A stretch of 41,920 bases of DNA, taken from positions 1 to 41,920 of the IMG/VR virus record IMGVR_UViG_3300037043_000200. One strand, 5' to 3'. The notes under the pieces are model-generated. The model did no database searches and had not been told where the DNA came from. It was given only the letters and a program-made list of their open reading frames with translations. The translations under genes were made by a program, and so were the position numbers. Source of the DNA: a virus. Taxonomy: Duplodnaviria; Caudoviricetes. Shown here piece by piece: positions 1 through 9,245 of this stretch. Numbering within the stretch: position 1 is the first letter of the stretch; the number at the start of each line of letters is the position of its first letter.

Positions 1-127
1 ACCTGATCACCGGCGCCGGGATTCTCACCGTCCACCCATGTTCCAAGATTTAAGTTTGGTGTTCCTACTCGTGCCATTATTGACCTCTTTAGAAATTCGT
101 ACCGAAGTTCGCCGCATAATTAATTCC
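1..127 (+). repeat. Terminal direct repeat copy 1 (circular assembly overlap)
   Basis: ACCTGATCAC...ATAATTAATTCC is identical to 41794-41920. It falls inside the tail gene cluster. Confidence 0.95.
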
Positions 128-1018
128 GTAACCGTCTTGCAGCGCATAGTTCTGAACATTGGTTTTTGATTTGAAGACAAAGACCGGTTTTTTATAGCCG
201 GTCGATCTCCGCTTTCGTAATTCGAAAGATTTTGCCAACAATACGTTGTATTGGAATTGCGGCGCGTCTTTCCGCGGGACCAGGATCAATTGATCGTCCC
301 TGCCCGCTCCAAAGAAATACCTCGCATCGATCAGTGCATCGGCAGAGAGATATTGTGAATAATCCATCGTGCAACTGTATTTATAGCCACGAAATTGTGC
401 TACGGTTTCCGATCCTTCGTCTCCCCGATACAATTCATGCTCGAGATAATCCGGATCGTATTGTTCGGTCAGATCCTGGCAGCGCGGCCAATCGGTGATA
501 ACGCCGTCAACACGAAACTTCTGTCCATCGGTAGGGATCCCGTTCGACCATCCATCGATGGCAATAGTACCGGTGGTCTTGTTAGTTACCTTGCCGAATG
601 TAGGATAAGACAGACCGCTTACTGTCCGCCAGGATAATATTCGGTGATTCACTTTGACCGTTGAAAACGTCGGCGCGCCGGACTCATTCGCCGTTGTGCC
701 GGTAAACGTCGTCGCCCCGGTCGATTCGTAGATATGAGTCAATGCTTCAAAATACCCGCCACTACCGGCAACGGTTACATTGACCGGTATAGAGAAATGA
801 TACTCGTCAATTTTTGTGATCACATAATCGTTATTGATCAATGGTGTGCTTCCGGAATGTCCGGATATCCTCACCGTACGACCGGTTACTAACCGGTGCC
901 GATTTTGGCACTTGATCACACTCGGATTTGCTACGGATGAGGCAACAATATATCCGCTCGGTCGCGCAAGCACGACGATCAATCGAGGTGTACCTTCTCC
1001 GGAAATAAAATTGCTCAT
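89..1018 (-). CDS. Tail tip / distal-tail-like protein with E1-FCCH-like beta-barrel insert
   Basis: Located in the tail-tip cluster. The segment ANPSVIKCQNRHRLVTGRTVRISG...INNDYVITKIDEYHFSI resembles the FCCH-like domain of phage virion proteins. ATGA overlap with the upstream gene. Confidence 0.6.
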   Translation of the reverse strand: MSNFISGEGTPRLIVVLARPSGYIVASSVANPSVIKCQNRHRLVTGRTVRISGHSGSTPLINNDYVITKIDEYHFSIPVNVTVAGSGGYFEALTHIYESTGATTFTGTTANESGAPTFSTVKVNHRILSWRTVSGLSYPTFGKVTNKTTGTIAIDGWSNGIPTDGQKFRVDGVITDWPRCQDLTEQYDPDYLEHELYRGDEGSETVAQFRGYKYSCTMDYSQYLSADALIDARYFFGAGRDDQLILVPRKDAPQFQYNVLLAKSFELRKRRSTGYKKPVFVFKSKTNVQNYALQDGYGINYAANFGTNF

Positions 1019-2568
1019 GCTTTTATCAATTCCACTTCGCTGAATTTCTTAAATAAATGGGGAGTAACTTTCTTAACGACGAATTTCCCTGCACCAAAGA
1101 ATCCACGATCCGATACAAATGTATCTCCGACACAATATGCGGTTTCGGTAACGCTTGCTTTTATCTTCCCTTTTGTAATAAACAGATCGAGCCATTGTTT
1201 AGAGAAGGTGACTAAATCGATTTCACGCCCAAAAAATGAAAATATATCGAAGATATTACCTTCTCCGGCGTTGCCGGATTGGTCGACAAAACTCAATTTT
1301 GGAATAATGTCTAATATCTTCCCGGAAGGTGATTTCGTATCATCATACCACCTGATCGGCGGCAGCCATTGATTGATATTTTCGTCGAACCGAAACCATG
1401 AATATCCTGCGAATTTTTGAAATGATAACTTCTGTTTTGTCAGTGCTTCCGATATCGGCATGGAGTCAACAAATTGCGTTGTGATATTGTCGCGAATTGT
1501 CCCGACAAGTCGATTGTCATCCGGTCCTATCCATCTATAAATATTACGATACATCACACCGAATCCGCCAACGGGAACATTAAGATTAACAGAATACGTC
1601 TTACCTGTATCGCTAATATCAAGGATAATTATTGTTGCGGAGGCGTCCGATGGCTCTGATTCAAAATATATTCCGTTATATTCGATAACGTTTGTAACTC
1701 GATACCGCACAATCGTATTCGAAATGGCGCCCGCTTCTTCTTCTTGCGTTGATACTATTGACGGTGCCGACGGAAAAGGTATGTCGAGAACTGTTTTTAT
1801 ATAATCATATTTCTTTTGATCGGTATCATCGTAAATGATATCGTCTTCACTCTTTATCACATCATCCAACGGATGCCTGGTATCATTTACAATGCTGTTT
1901 CTGCGAATCATCCGAAGCCCATTTGTTTCCGGATCGATAAAGAATTGGGCGTTGTAATACAGCGCAAATGCTTTCAACAACGTTTCAACCGTGGTAGCGG
2001 GATTAAGATCTTCATATCGACCCGTGTTTCTTACTGTTGAGTCCGTGCTTTCGTATGCAAACCTGATCGGACGATTTTTATAAAGATCGTCTATCAAATA
2101 ATTACTGAAAATCCCGTCAGAATTGAATTGATCACAATTCAATTGAACGACCCTCCCCACAGTTGAAAATATTGAGTATGGATCCGACACCTTTATAAAA
2201 GTCCTGTTAAACGTCTTGATGGTGGTGGTCTTTGCGCGTTCCCAAAATTCTTTATTCTTAGAAAATGCTTTCAACGTTACCCATTTGTTGGCTGCACTAT
2301 AACTCACGGGACGTTCTACGGTTCCCCTGAATGTGATCCTTCCGTTATCACGGATGATCACATCCCAGGTTGTCTGTGCCGGAAGTCCGGTTAATATCGC
2401 TTCTACATATCCATCCATGTTGCTTAAATGGAGTGTTACATCACCATATGCACGCTCGAAGGCATCCCGCTCATGTTCGCTGCTCGGCGTTGGATCTTCG
2501 TCAACATCCATATACCGGGTAAGGTCTATTTCTTCGCTCCCTCGCGGGGCTATTGTCAATTGAATCAT
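1015..2568 (-). CDS. Tail tip/hub (Tal-like) minor tail protein
   Basis: 517 aa immediately after the tape measure (TAA ATG). N-terminus has a hub-like pattern (GDVTLHLSNMDG, FRGTV). An internal FN3/Ig-like module is present (PSAPS...YRVT...ESEPS...RNIYR...FVDS). Confidence 0.6.
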   Translation of the reverse strand: MIQLTIAPRGSEEIDLTRYMDVDEDPTPSSEHERDAFERAYGDVTLHLSNMDGYVEAILTGLPAQTTWDVIIRDNGRITFRGTVERPVSYSAANKWVTLKAFSKNKEFWERAKTTTIKTFNRTFIKVSDPYSIFSTVGRVVQLNCDQFNSDGIFSNYLIDDLYKNRPIRFAYESTDSTVRNTGRYEDLNPATTVETLLKAFALYYNAQFFIDPETNGLRMIRRNSIVNDTRHPLDDVIKSEDDIIYDDTDQKKYDYIKTVLDIPFPSAPSIVSTQEEEAGAISNTIVRYRVTNVIEYNGIYFESEPSDASATIIILDISDTGKTYSVNLNVPVGGFGVMYRNIYRWIGPDDNRLVGTIRDNITTQFVDSMPISEALTKQKLSFQKFAGYSWFRFDENINQWLPPIRWYDDTKSPSGKILDIIPKLSFVDQSGNAGEGNIFDIFSFFGREIDLVTFSKQWLDLFITKGKIKASVTETAYCVGDTFVSDRGFFGAGKFVVKKVTPHLFKKFSEVELIKA

Positions 2569-5022
2569 TTAACTGTCAGGATATTTTTTCTTGAATTCGC
2601 GCTGCACTGTCGGATACGTTTTCTGTAATGCTTTCTCAAAATCGATCGGATTCTCTAATATCACTTCCGGTGCAGGCAGATTTTTAATTGCATCGACGAC
2701 GCTTGAGAATTCCTTCCGCAATAACACAAGTTCGTTTTGTACCGATGCCAACGATAAGTTGGTATTGGTAACCGTGCTGTTATTGATCACCGTCGTCGAT
2801 CGGACAAGATCTCTCTTCGCCAGATCGAGCATTCGAGGAATGATCTCTTCCCGGGCGATATCGTAAAAATCCTTCTCCGGCATATAAAATTCCGGACCCG
2901 CTTCGCCGGCCAACCGGTATGAAGGATTTGTCAACTTCCCACCTTTGGCAAATTTCGGCACAACCGTTTCAAAGAGTGCAGCTGCTGCCGCACCGGCAAT
3001 CGGTGCAGCCACTAAGTTGAACGGGAAAGGAACCGACGCGAAAACGCTCTTTAACGTATCCGCAACGGCCACGGACAGTGCCTGCCTGATCTGCGCACGG
3101 GCGATCGTCGCCATATTCTCGGATATGGATTTGCTCGCATCATAGGAATCGAATCCGGATTGGATCAATTGTGCTGTCAATTGCTCTCGGGCGGCCAGTT
3201 CTGCCTTCATCATGGCGATCCGCTCGATAGATCGCTCACGTTCGGCGGCCAGTTGCTCTGCTGCCGCTGCATCTTTTTCTTTCAGCAATTGACGTTCTGT
3301 GCGGGCTAGTCTCATTTCCTCACTGATCAACGCATCATTCAGTTGCTCCACACGCATTAACCGGATCGCTGCGGCACGATCTCCTTCCAGCATCCCGCTC
3401 TTTGCACCGGTCAGGAGTCCTTCTTTCGCTTCCGCCGTTTGCTTTGTAACGCCGGTTCGTTTTGATGTTGCCGATCGTGCGACATTGGATGCTGCCTGGT
3501 CATTTAGCGTGATCTGTGCGGCGATCTTCCGTTTTTCAACGTCCGATGTGGCGATCAACAATTGATCCTGCAGGGATTCTTTTTCAATTGCCAGGATCGC
3601 CAACTGCGCTTGTTCCTCGATCCGGATCCGTTCCAATGCAAAGGTCTTTGTAACGTCGAGTTTTTCTGCCTCCGTTCGGGTTCGCATAGACACCAATTGC
3701 TCTTCGTTCTGCAATTGAATCAACTGCAGTTCTTTTGCAAAATTGACGGATACCGTTTTGGCATTGCGTTGGATCTCTATATCGGCTTCTGCAATTGATT
3801 TCTTAAGCGCAAGAATTTCTTTGTCAATATCCGCCTGCTTTTCGCTGTCTGTTAACTTCACCTTTACGGCGTTCAATTGACGTATGTATTCGTCTGCCGT
3901 CATCTTCCCCAATTGGTATTGCCGCTGCAATGTGGACACCTGCTTCAATAATCCCTCTTCGGTAGTCTGCAATAATTCCTTCTTCTGCTTTTCGAGCGTC
4001 GCGATCTTGTCTGCGATTTTCAATCCGTCGGTATCAACAAGAATTCCCTGATCTTTTTTCTTGTTTAATTCTGAAAGTTTGATATCAATTTTCTGAATTT
4101 CTGTTCCCGCTTTTAGAAGTATTGCATTGTTTTGTTCGTTGAACTTATTAAGAATTGATGTGTTCTTAATGATCGAATCTGTTGTGGTGAGATAACTTTG
4201 TAACGTGACAAGTTCTTCGCCGACCACCTTCCCTTTTTCTTCCGCGAGTGTTAATTCTGCCTTACGTTCTTTTGTTTGTTTGCCCTGAAATCCGAAAACA
4301 CGGGCTTCTGCTTTTTGTATTGCCAACGCAGCAGCATTAACTTCTTTTTGTTTTGCTTCAATTTCGCCAAGGAGAAATTGTCGCACTTTTCCTTGATCCG
4401 ATCCGGTCATTGACGACAATCGTTTTTCAAAATCTGCCAGTCCACCTTCAGATGCTTTCCGGGCTTCCTCGTCAACGCTCTTAAAGAATGCGATCAAACC
4501 GGCGCCAACACCGATCACTGCGCCAATCATGCCGGCATTCTTTCCCAGGAACTGGGCTACATTCCCTAGTGTACCGGACAAGTTCCGGCCAGCGATCGAT
4601 AATGATGCTGCGGTAAACTCCGCTCCCTGCATTGCGGTCACACCGGTCAACAGCGATCGGTTGAACGCCATAACAGTGGTATTTGATTCTTTCCCGGTCA
4701 TCATCAATGCCGAAAGCCCGACAGTAAAACCGATCACCGCCTGCGTCGCTTCCCGGGTTGTTCGATCCTGAATCCGTTGCTCACGGTAAAAGTCCCGAAG
4801 CATTTGCTTTCCGGAAGCAGTTGTTTTATTCGATCGATCGACCGAATCATTTAACGCATTGAAACCACCGACAACACTCCCGTTTGCATCGATCTTTACA
4901 TTGGAAAGATCCCGCAGATTGGTTTTGAGCGTGCGCACCATTCCCTCGGCAACTTTAATCTGTCCCTGTAGAGTCTGATAATCGACCGAGAGTGTTCCTA
5001 TTTCAATTCGCTCTTTTGCCAT
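2569..5022 (-). CDS. Tail tape measure protein
   Basis: 817 aa, coiled-coil and Ala/Gly-rich with hydrophobic segments. Carries the C-terminal TMP motif PKFAKGG...AGEAGPE and follows the G/GT chaperones. Confidence 0.92.
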   Translation of the reverse strand: MAKERIEIGTLSVDYQTLQGQIKVAEGMVRTLKTNLRDLSNVKIDANGSVVGGFNALNDSVDRSNKTTASGKQMLRDFYREQRIQDRTTREATQAVIGFTVGLSALMMTGKESNTTVMAFNRSLLTGVTAMQGAEFTAASLSIAGRNLSGTLGNVAQFLGKNAGMIGAVIGVGAGLIAFFKSVDEEARKASEGGLADFEKRLSSMTGSDQGKVRQFLLGEIEAKQKEVNAAALAIQKAEARVFGFQGKQTKERKAELTLAEEKGKVVGEELVTLQSYLTTTDSIIKNTSILNKFNEQNNAILLKAGTEIQKIDIKLSELNKKKDQGILVDTDGLKIADKIATLEKQKKELLQTTEEGLLKQVSTLQRQYQLGKMTADEYIRQLNAVKVKLTDSEKQADIDKEILALKKSIAEADIEIQRNAKTVSVNFAKELQLIQLQNEEQLVSMRTRTEAEKLDVTKTFALERIRIEEQAQLAILAIEKESLQDQLLIATSDVEKRKIAAQITLNDQAASNVARSATSKRTGVTKQTAEAKEGLLTGAKSGMLEGDRAAAIRLMRVEQLNDALISEEMRLARTERQLLKEKDAAAAEQLAAERERSIERIAMMKAELAAREQLTAQLIQSGFDSYDASKSISENMATIARAQIRQALSVAVADTLKSVFASVPFPFNLVAAPIAGAAAAALFETVVPKFAKGGKLTNPSYRLAGEAGPEFYMPEKDFYDIAREEIIPRMLDLAKRDLVRSTTVINNSTVTNTNLSLASVQNELVLLRKEFSSVVDAIKNLPAPEVILENPIDFEKALQKTYPTVQREFKKKYPDS

Positions 5023-5025
5023 TGT

Positions 5026-5331
5026 TTACACGAGGTGTTCCCGCAAATGTTCAAGATCGATGTTGCCGGTAGTGGATTTCATTTTTTTCAGCAGTCGTTG
5101 GTTGTAGCGTGCTTTGACGACGATCATTTTCATCACCGCCGGCGCGGGGAGTGTTGCTAATCGTTCGGCTTCGTCTGTTCTTCCTTCTGCAAGGATATGG
5201 AGGACTTCGCGCCAACTGACTGGCTGATCATCATCCCCGTCACCGCTTTCAATGTCTCCTGCACTGTCATACCCAAGTTCTCCACGGATCCGTTCAAGTT
5301 CTTCGTCCACTGCTGATTTAAGAAAAAAAAA
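5026..5331 (-). CDS. Tail assembly chaperone GT extension (-1 frame)
   Basis: The -1 frame is open from the T9 slippery run (5331-5323) to TAA at 5026, just before the TMP start. Confidence 0.75.
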   Translation of the reverse strand, partial: FFFLKSAVDEELERIRGELGYDSAGDIESGDGDDDQPVSWREVLHILAEGRTDEAERLATLPAPAVMKMIVVKARYNQRLLKKMKSTTGNIDLEHLREHLV

Positions 5332-5654
5332 TCGTTGACAACACCTGCGCTTTCGCTGAGTGTCATATACCGGATCGGGTCCTTCGGATCGATGCGCTTC
5401 ACCATGACAAGGATCCAATTCCACAACCGTTGATACCAGGTGGGTGCATAGGGACGGACCAAGGTGCGTATTGCATCCGGAAGAGACTGTTTCAAGAACC
5501 GATGAAGCGCATCTGAGAGTTCTTCTTCCACGTTAAGTGATCGAATGAACGCATGAACGTTATCGAGGATCGTTTCGAACTCCGGATACGTGAGTTCCTT
5601 TTGACGCCAGAGTACCCCGGGACAATTCTCGAATTTGTAATACTTATGGTTCAT
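5157..5654 (-). CDS. Tail assembly chaperone (gpG-like)
   Basis: Lies between the tail tube genes and the TMP and contains GAT TTT TTT TTC (DFFF). Start placed at ATG 5654, overlapping the upstream stop. Confidence 0.75.
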   Translation of the reverse strand: MNHKYYKFENCPGVLWRQKELTYPEFETILDNVHAFIRSLNVEEELSDALHRFLKQSLPDAIRTLVRPYAPTWYQRLWNWILVMVKRIDPKDPIRYMTLSESAGVVNDFFFLNQQWTKNLNGSVENLGMTVQETLKAVTGMMISQSVGAKSSISLQKEEQTKPND

Positions 5655-5931
5655 TGGTTTGGTCCGGCGATTGTTTTGAATCGGTAATTTTGGGATACCA
5701 TATTCCCTCACTTTTAGGACTATGGATCACCGCAAGGATCTCTTGTTGAGAATACATCTTCAGCGCAGGATCCTTTTTCAACTTCGCCAATTCGTCCGGA
5801 GAGACGTTCGCTTCATAAATCGCCTGTTTCCCATCCAGTGATTTCCGAACATCATTCCCCGGGTAATTGGGGAAAGCGGCGTCTAATGCTTTCAGAGTGC
5901 CGACTGCATAGATCTTCGTTTTAGAGTCCAT
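5644..5931 (-). CDS. Hypothetical tail-region protein
   Basis: 95-aa ORF (MDSKTKIY...) with GGAG upstream, overlapping both neighbours. Confidence 0.65.
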   Translation of the reverse strand: MDSKTKIYAVGTLKALDAAFPNYPGNDVRKSLDGKQAIYEANVSPDELAKLKKDPALKMYSQQEILAVIHSPKSEGIWYPKITDSKQSPDQTNEP

Positions 5932-7087
5932 AGTATGCTTTCTCCGCATTGTAATGGTTCGCTACAATGGTCGCGATATCTGCGGGAAGTCCTCCGGAAG
6001 CAAACCGATATACTCTGCATGTCCCGACATCAACATTTCCATAATTGGTATTGTCTCTCCCCACATACAAATTGTGAGCATTCGTTGCCGATCCGGTCCC
6101 TGCCACCGATCCGGAAGTTCCGTCGAGAACGCCATTGAGGTAAATCCGCATCACTCCGTCGCGATCTACCACGGCCACCACATGCGCCCACACATTCTGC
6201 AGCAGACTTGTTGCACAAACGACCGGTGATTCAGCGATTGCGGACGATAATAAGAATTGCATCTTGTTGGATGTGTTCCGATACAATCCCCATCCTGCGG
6301 TTGTTCCGGGCGCCGCTTTCTTTGCAATCACCGTTGCAAGCACGCCGTTGCTGGCCTGAATTCTGACCCATGCTTCCACGACAAAATCACCCGACGCATC
6401 GTCGTCGAGAATATCGCCGAGTGTGAGTGCATCATTGATACCATCGAACCGCAAGAACCGTTCCGGTGTCGCACCGGACTGCCAGATCGTCAAATAATCA
6501 CTGTTCAGTTGGCCATGCCGCTCAAAGCCGGAGATATCGAGCACGCGATCGGTGAGATAATTGTATGCATTGATCGACCGGGTATTAAGCCACAATTGCA
6601 GATTCTCCGGTCGGATCTTCCCTTTTGCTTCCGCAAGATAGAATTCCGGGACGTTGTACGAGAGTTCTTGCTTGAATCCCAAGAACTCAAACGGTATTGT
6701 TTGGGCTCCTATGGTAAACGGTCGATCGAGTTTCCGGATGATTCGTCCATACGGGAAACAGAAATACTGGAACATGTTATTGTTCGCCAGACCGGAATAC
6801 CGGATCGAATGAAACTTTCCGGATGCTTGTTGGATGTAACTGATCTCGTCGATCGATACCTGCTGCAATTTTGATAATTGCCGGGACGCCAATGACGACG
6901 ACAATGCATTCTGCACCGATCCGTTCTCATCCTTTATTTCGTCGATCTCTTCGATATCCTGAATCTGTGATTCCGCAAGGTTTCCGAGATTTTGATATGC
7001 TGCGTCGTTGGTCGGACTGACTTCCCGCACTTCCAGATTGCCAAGTCCTTTGTTGCTGAACCGGTCGCGTGATCTTAAGAGTCCCAT
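5921..7087 (-). CDS. Second tail tube protein paralog fused to a LamG/ConA-like lectin domain
   Basis: The N-terminal half aligns by eye with the major tail protein (FSNKGxG; KLxQxSIDEI; LDxPFxxG). The C-terminal half has LamG motifs LRFDG, FVVEAWVR, WAHVVAV, IYLNG, LYVG. RBS AGGAG. Confidence 0.8.
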   Translation of the reverse strand: MGLLRSRDRFSNKGLGNLEVREVSPTNDAAYQNLGNLAESQIQDIEEIDEIKDENGSVQNALSSSLASRQLSKLQQVSIDEISYIQQASGKFHSIRYSGLANNNMFQYFCFPYGRIIRKLDRPFTIGAQTIPFEFLGFKQELSYNVPEFYLAEAKGKIRPENLQLWLNTRSINAYNYLTDRVLDISGFERHGQLNSDYLTIWQSGATPERFLRFDGINDALTLGDILDDDASGDFVVEAWVRIQASNGVLATVIAKKAAPGTTAGWGLYRNTSNKMQFLLSSAIAESPVVCATSLLQNVWAHVVAVVDRDGVMRIYLNGVLDGTSGSVAGTGSATNAHNLYVGRDNTNYGNVDVGTCRVYRFASGGLPADIATIVANHYNAEKAYYGL

Positions 7088-7113
7088 GATTTTCTTCTCC
7101 TGATGTTAGAGTC

Positions 7114-7137
7114 ATGCCGGAGATCACTCCCCGGCAT
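7114..7137 (-). promoter_or_regulatory. Intergenic RNA hairpin (GNRA loop) after the major tail gene
   Basis: On the minus strand ATGCCGGGGA-GTGA-TCTCCGGCAT forms a 10-bp stem with no U-tract. Confidence 0.6.
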
Positions 7138-7147
7138 AATTGAAGAA

Positions 7148-7825
7148 CTAAACCGCAGCCGTGTAGATCGTTCCGGTGGCGGTCGTCACCTGCCCGAGGG
7201 CGTTTGCGTTTTCGACGATCACCCCGTACGTATCGGCGGCAACGTTGAATCCTGCCGGCGTTACGTTGACAGCACCTTTCGGCATCAGCGCCAGGAACTC
7301 AACTTCGATCATTCGCTTTTCGCCTCGTTTGAACGGAAGATCCAATACACTAACGATCTTCACCAACGGGATATAGATCTCCTGGATATTTCCGTTCGGG
7401 AATGCAGCAGATTTGTAATACAAGTGATAGTACTTGTTCCGCGAATTCTTGATCAGGTTGATCTCGTCGATCGATGATTGCATGAGTTTTGTTTTGAACC
7501 TCCACTCTTCCCCGGCATCGAGTGAATTGATCACAAAACCGCGCTCATCGTCCCACTGCACCATCTTGGGATCGATATTCAATCCCGATTCATCGACATA
7601 GCCGGCAACATCCATCGTGGTGGCAGCGCCACCGGAAGTTAGTTCCGCGATCCGTACTTCTCCGCCCCCTTTGTTTGAGAATTTCTGGCGATCTTTCCCC
7701 AGCGCCATTCCAATGATCGGCAGCGAGAACATTGCCGTGATCCCTCCGGAGATCACAAACAGGAATGCAACCAACAAAAGGACTGCAGTTCGGTGTCTTT
7801 TGAAGAATCTATTCAGTGTTTTCAT
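7148..7825 (-). CDS. Major tail tube protein with a 39-aa hydrophobic N-terminal leader
   Basis: Follows the tail terminator, has a beta-rich tube-like sequence and a strong RBS (AAGGAGAGGG) before ATG 7825. Confidence 0.75.
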   Translation of the reverse strand: MKTLNRFFKRHRTAVLLLVAFLFVISGGITAMFSLPIIGMALGKDRQKFSNKGGGEVRIAELTSGGAATTMDVAGYVDESGLNIDPKMVQWDDERGFVINSLDAGEEWRFKTKLMQSSIDEINLIKNSRNKYYHLYYKSAAFPNGNIQEIYIPLVKIVSVLDLPFKRGEKRMIEVEFLALMPKGAVNVTPAGFNVAADTYGVIVENANALGQVTTATGTIYTAAV

Positions 7826-7857
7826 AACCCTCTCCTTGTTGAAAAATGATAATTGAA

Positions 7858-8310
7858 TTAACTTTCTTGCAGAGTCAACGTGTTGTAAAGAACATTGAAC
7901 GTTATTTTTATCCCGACGATCACATCCTTTTCCTGTTCCTTCTCCATTTCGGTGCTGTTATGCTCCAGATCGTCAACAAGTGCGTCGAATGTTTGATCGG
8001 CCAATACCGCCTTGCGAACATCGGCTTCATATTCCCGGGCTTTATCAATACTGACAGGATTCTTGCTGACAATACTGATAATAATCGGGAGCGTATGATC
8101 TTCAATGCTTGCATCTTCTGCCCGGCGTTCGATCGATTCATCACCTTCCCGGATTTCGATTCCATCTACCCGGTTGGCGCCGAATGGGTTTGCTTTCCAT
8201 TCATACACCTTCATTCCGATATTCGAATAATATCCGTTCGCTGTAAGAATCAGCGCAAGGCGTGTTTTCCACTTTGTTATGATCTGTTGTTTTTTAATCG
8301 TTGCGGACAT
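7858..8310 (-). CDS. Tail terminator protein (gpU-like)
   Basis: 150 aa, acidic. ILTANGYYSNIG and ADVRKAV...D.TF..L patterns, located before the major tail gene. Confidence 0.7.
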   Translation of the reverse strand: MSATIKKQQIITKWKTRLALILTANGYYSNIGMKVYEWKANPFGANRVDGIEIREGDESIERRAEDASIEDHTLPIIISIVSKNPVSIDKAREYEADVRKAVLADQTFDALVDDLEHNSTEMEKEQEKDVIVGIKITFNVLYNTLTLQES

Positions 8311-8312
8311 AT

Positions 8313-8648
8313 TTAGGGCTGCTGTGTTGACAAAATGAGTCTCGTTATTCCTGTTCCATCGGGTTGCGTTTCGGTCACATAATATGTCACGCCGCTGCGG
8401 ATGATCGTCGCCTGGTCATTCGCTGCGGCCACGTCGGATGTTTTACACAAACAATTCGGATTCGCATTCTGGTATTGAATACCCTGCATGGCGGTCAACT
8501 GGAAAGGATCTTCCCATTGCACTTTAATCGACACCGGCGCACCGCCGGACGGTGTATAGGTGACTACCTCGGCAAAGGGATTGTTGTCAAAATATGGAGT
8601 GACATTATCCATAAAATATGCGGGACGGATAATCATCCGTCCCGTCAT
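8313..8648 (-). CDS. Head-tail joining protein (gpFII-like)
   Basis: FAEVVTYTPSGG...Y.V...PDGTG.TRLIL pattern. The start may instead be MDNVTPYF. Confidence 0.75.
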   Translation of the reverse strand: MTGRMIIRPAYFMDNVTPYFDNNPFAEVVTYTPSGGAPVSIKVQWEDPFQLTAMQGIQYQNANPNCLCKTSDVAAANDQATIIRSGVTYYVTETQPDGTGITRLILSTQQP

Positions 8649-9134
8649 TCAGGGCTTCCAAATCCACTTCTGCGTATATGTCGTGGTAGAGTCAAAATCG
8701 GACGGCGTGCCTTCGGGCGTTGTAGCATGATGCGCTATTCGCATCCGGAGTGCAGCGGCGAATGTTGCCAATCTATTGAGCGTCGATGACCGCAGAGTGA
8801 ATTCAAGCACCGTATCTTTCACGGATATAATGCTGTCGACATATCCTTGAGTCCACGTGGTTCTGCCGATCGGCTTATAATCGAAATAGAGGGTGGATTT
8901 CATCGTATCGGTGCATGTGATGATCACCGAGAGATCGCGCACGCCGCTGAGCGGCACTGCCGGCAACGTATCTTTTTTCCCGCGGTACGCTTTATTGTTG
9001 GCCGGCGTTTGTGAATACCACCAATACAGCGTAAATGAATTCGGGTCCTGCCAATCCTGAGACTGCGCGCTCTCCGGGACAATGCAGAGCATCGTCACTA
9101 CGGTGAGCAGCATGAAAATAATCGTTCGTTTCAT
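8649..9134 (-). CDS. Beta-rich protein with Sec-type signal peptide within the head gene cluster (possible decoration protein)
   Basis: MKRTIIFMLLTVVTMLCIVPESAQS-Q has n/h/c regions and a purine-rich RBS. Its stop abuts the next gene. Confidence 0.65.
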   Translation of the reverse strand: MKRTIIFMLLTVVTMLCIVPESAQSQDWQDPNSFTLYWWYSQTPANNKAYRGKKDTLPAVPLSGVRDLSVIITCTDTMKSTLYFDYKPIGRTTWTQGYVDSIISVKDTVLEFTLRSSTLNRLATFAAALRMRIAHHATTPEGTPSDFDSTTTYTQKWIWKP

Positions 9135-9245
9135 ATTCCCTTCCCGTCCCGGACTACCGGGACTAAATTTTGATTGTAAATGGATCGTCTTCTTGTTCCC
9201 TGTTGAATACTTGATGCGGAGCAAGATCACTCTCACTCCGCTTTG

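Noticed and set aside
1-127. 127-bp terminal repeat as a biological direct terminal repeat
   Set aside because: It cuts through tail genes and 127 is a common assembler k-mer. The GpA-type terminase and cosQ-like site point to cohesive ends elsewhere.
7087-7150. Readthrough fusion of the two tail tube genes
   Set aside because: They are in frame, but a second stop (TGA) lies 8 codons after the TAG and the second gene has its own RBS.
7846-8316. 156-aa plus-strand ORF and other long antisense ORFs (6257-6874, 10430-11029)
   Set aside because: They are shadows of well-supported minus-strand structural genes, with no recognisable motifs.
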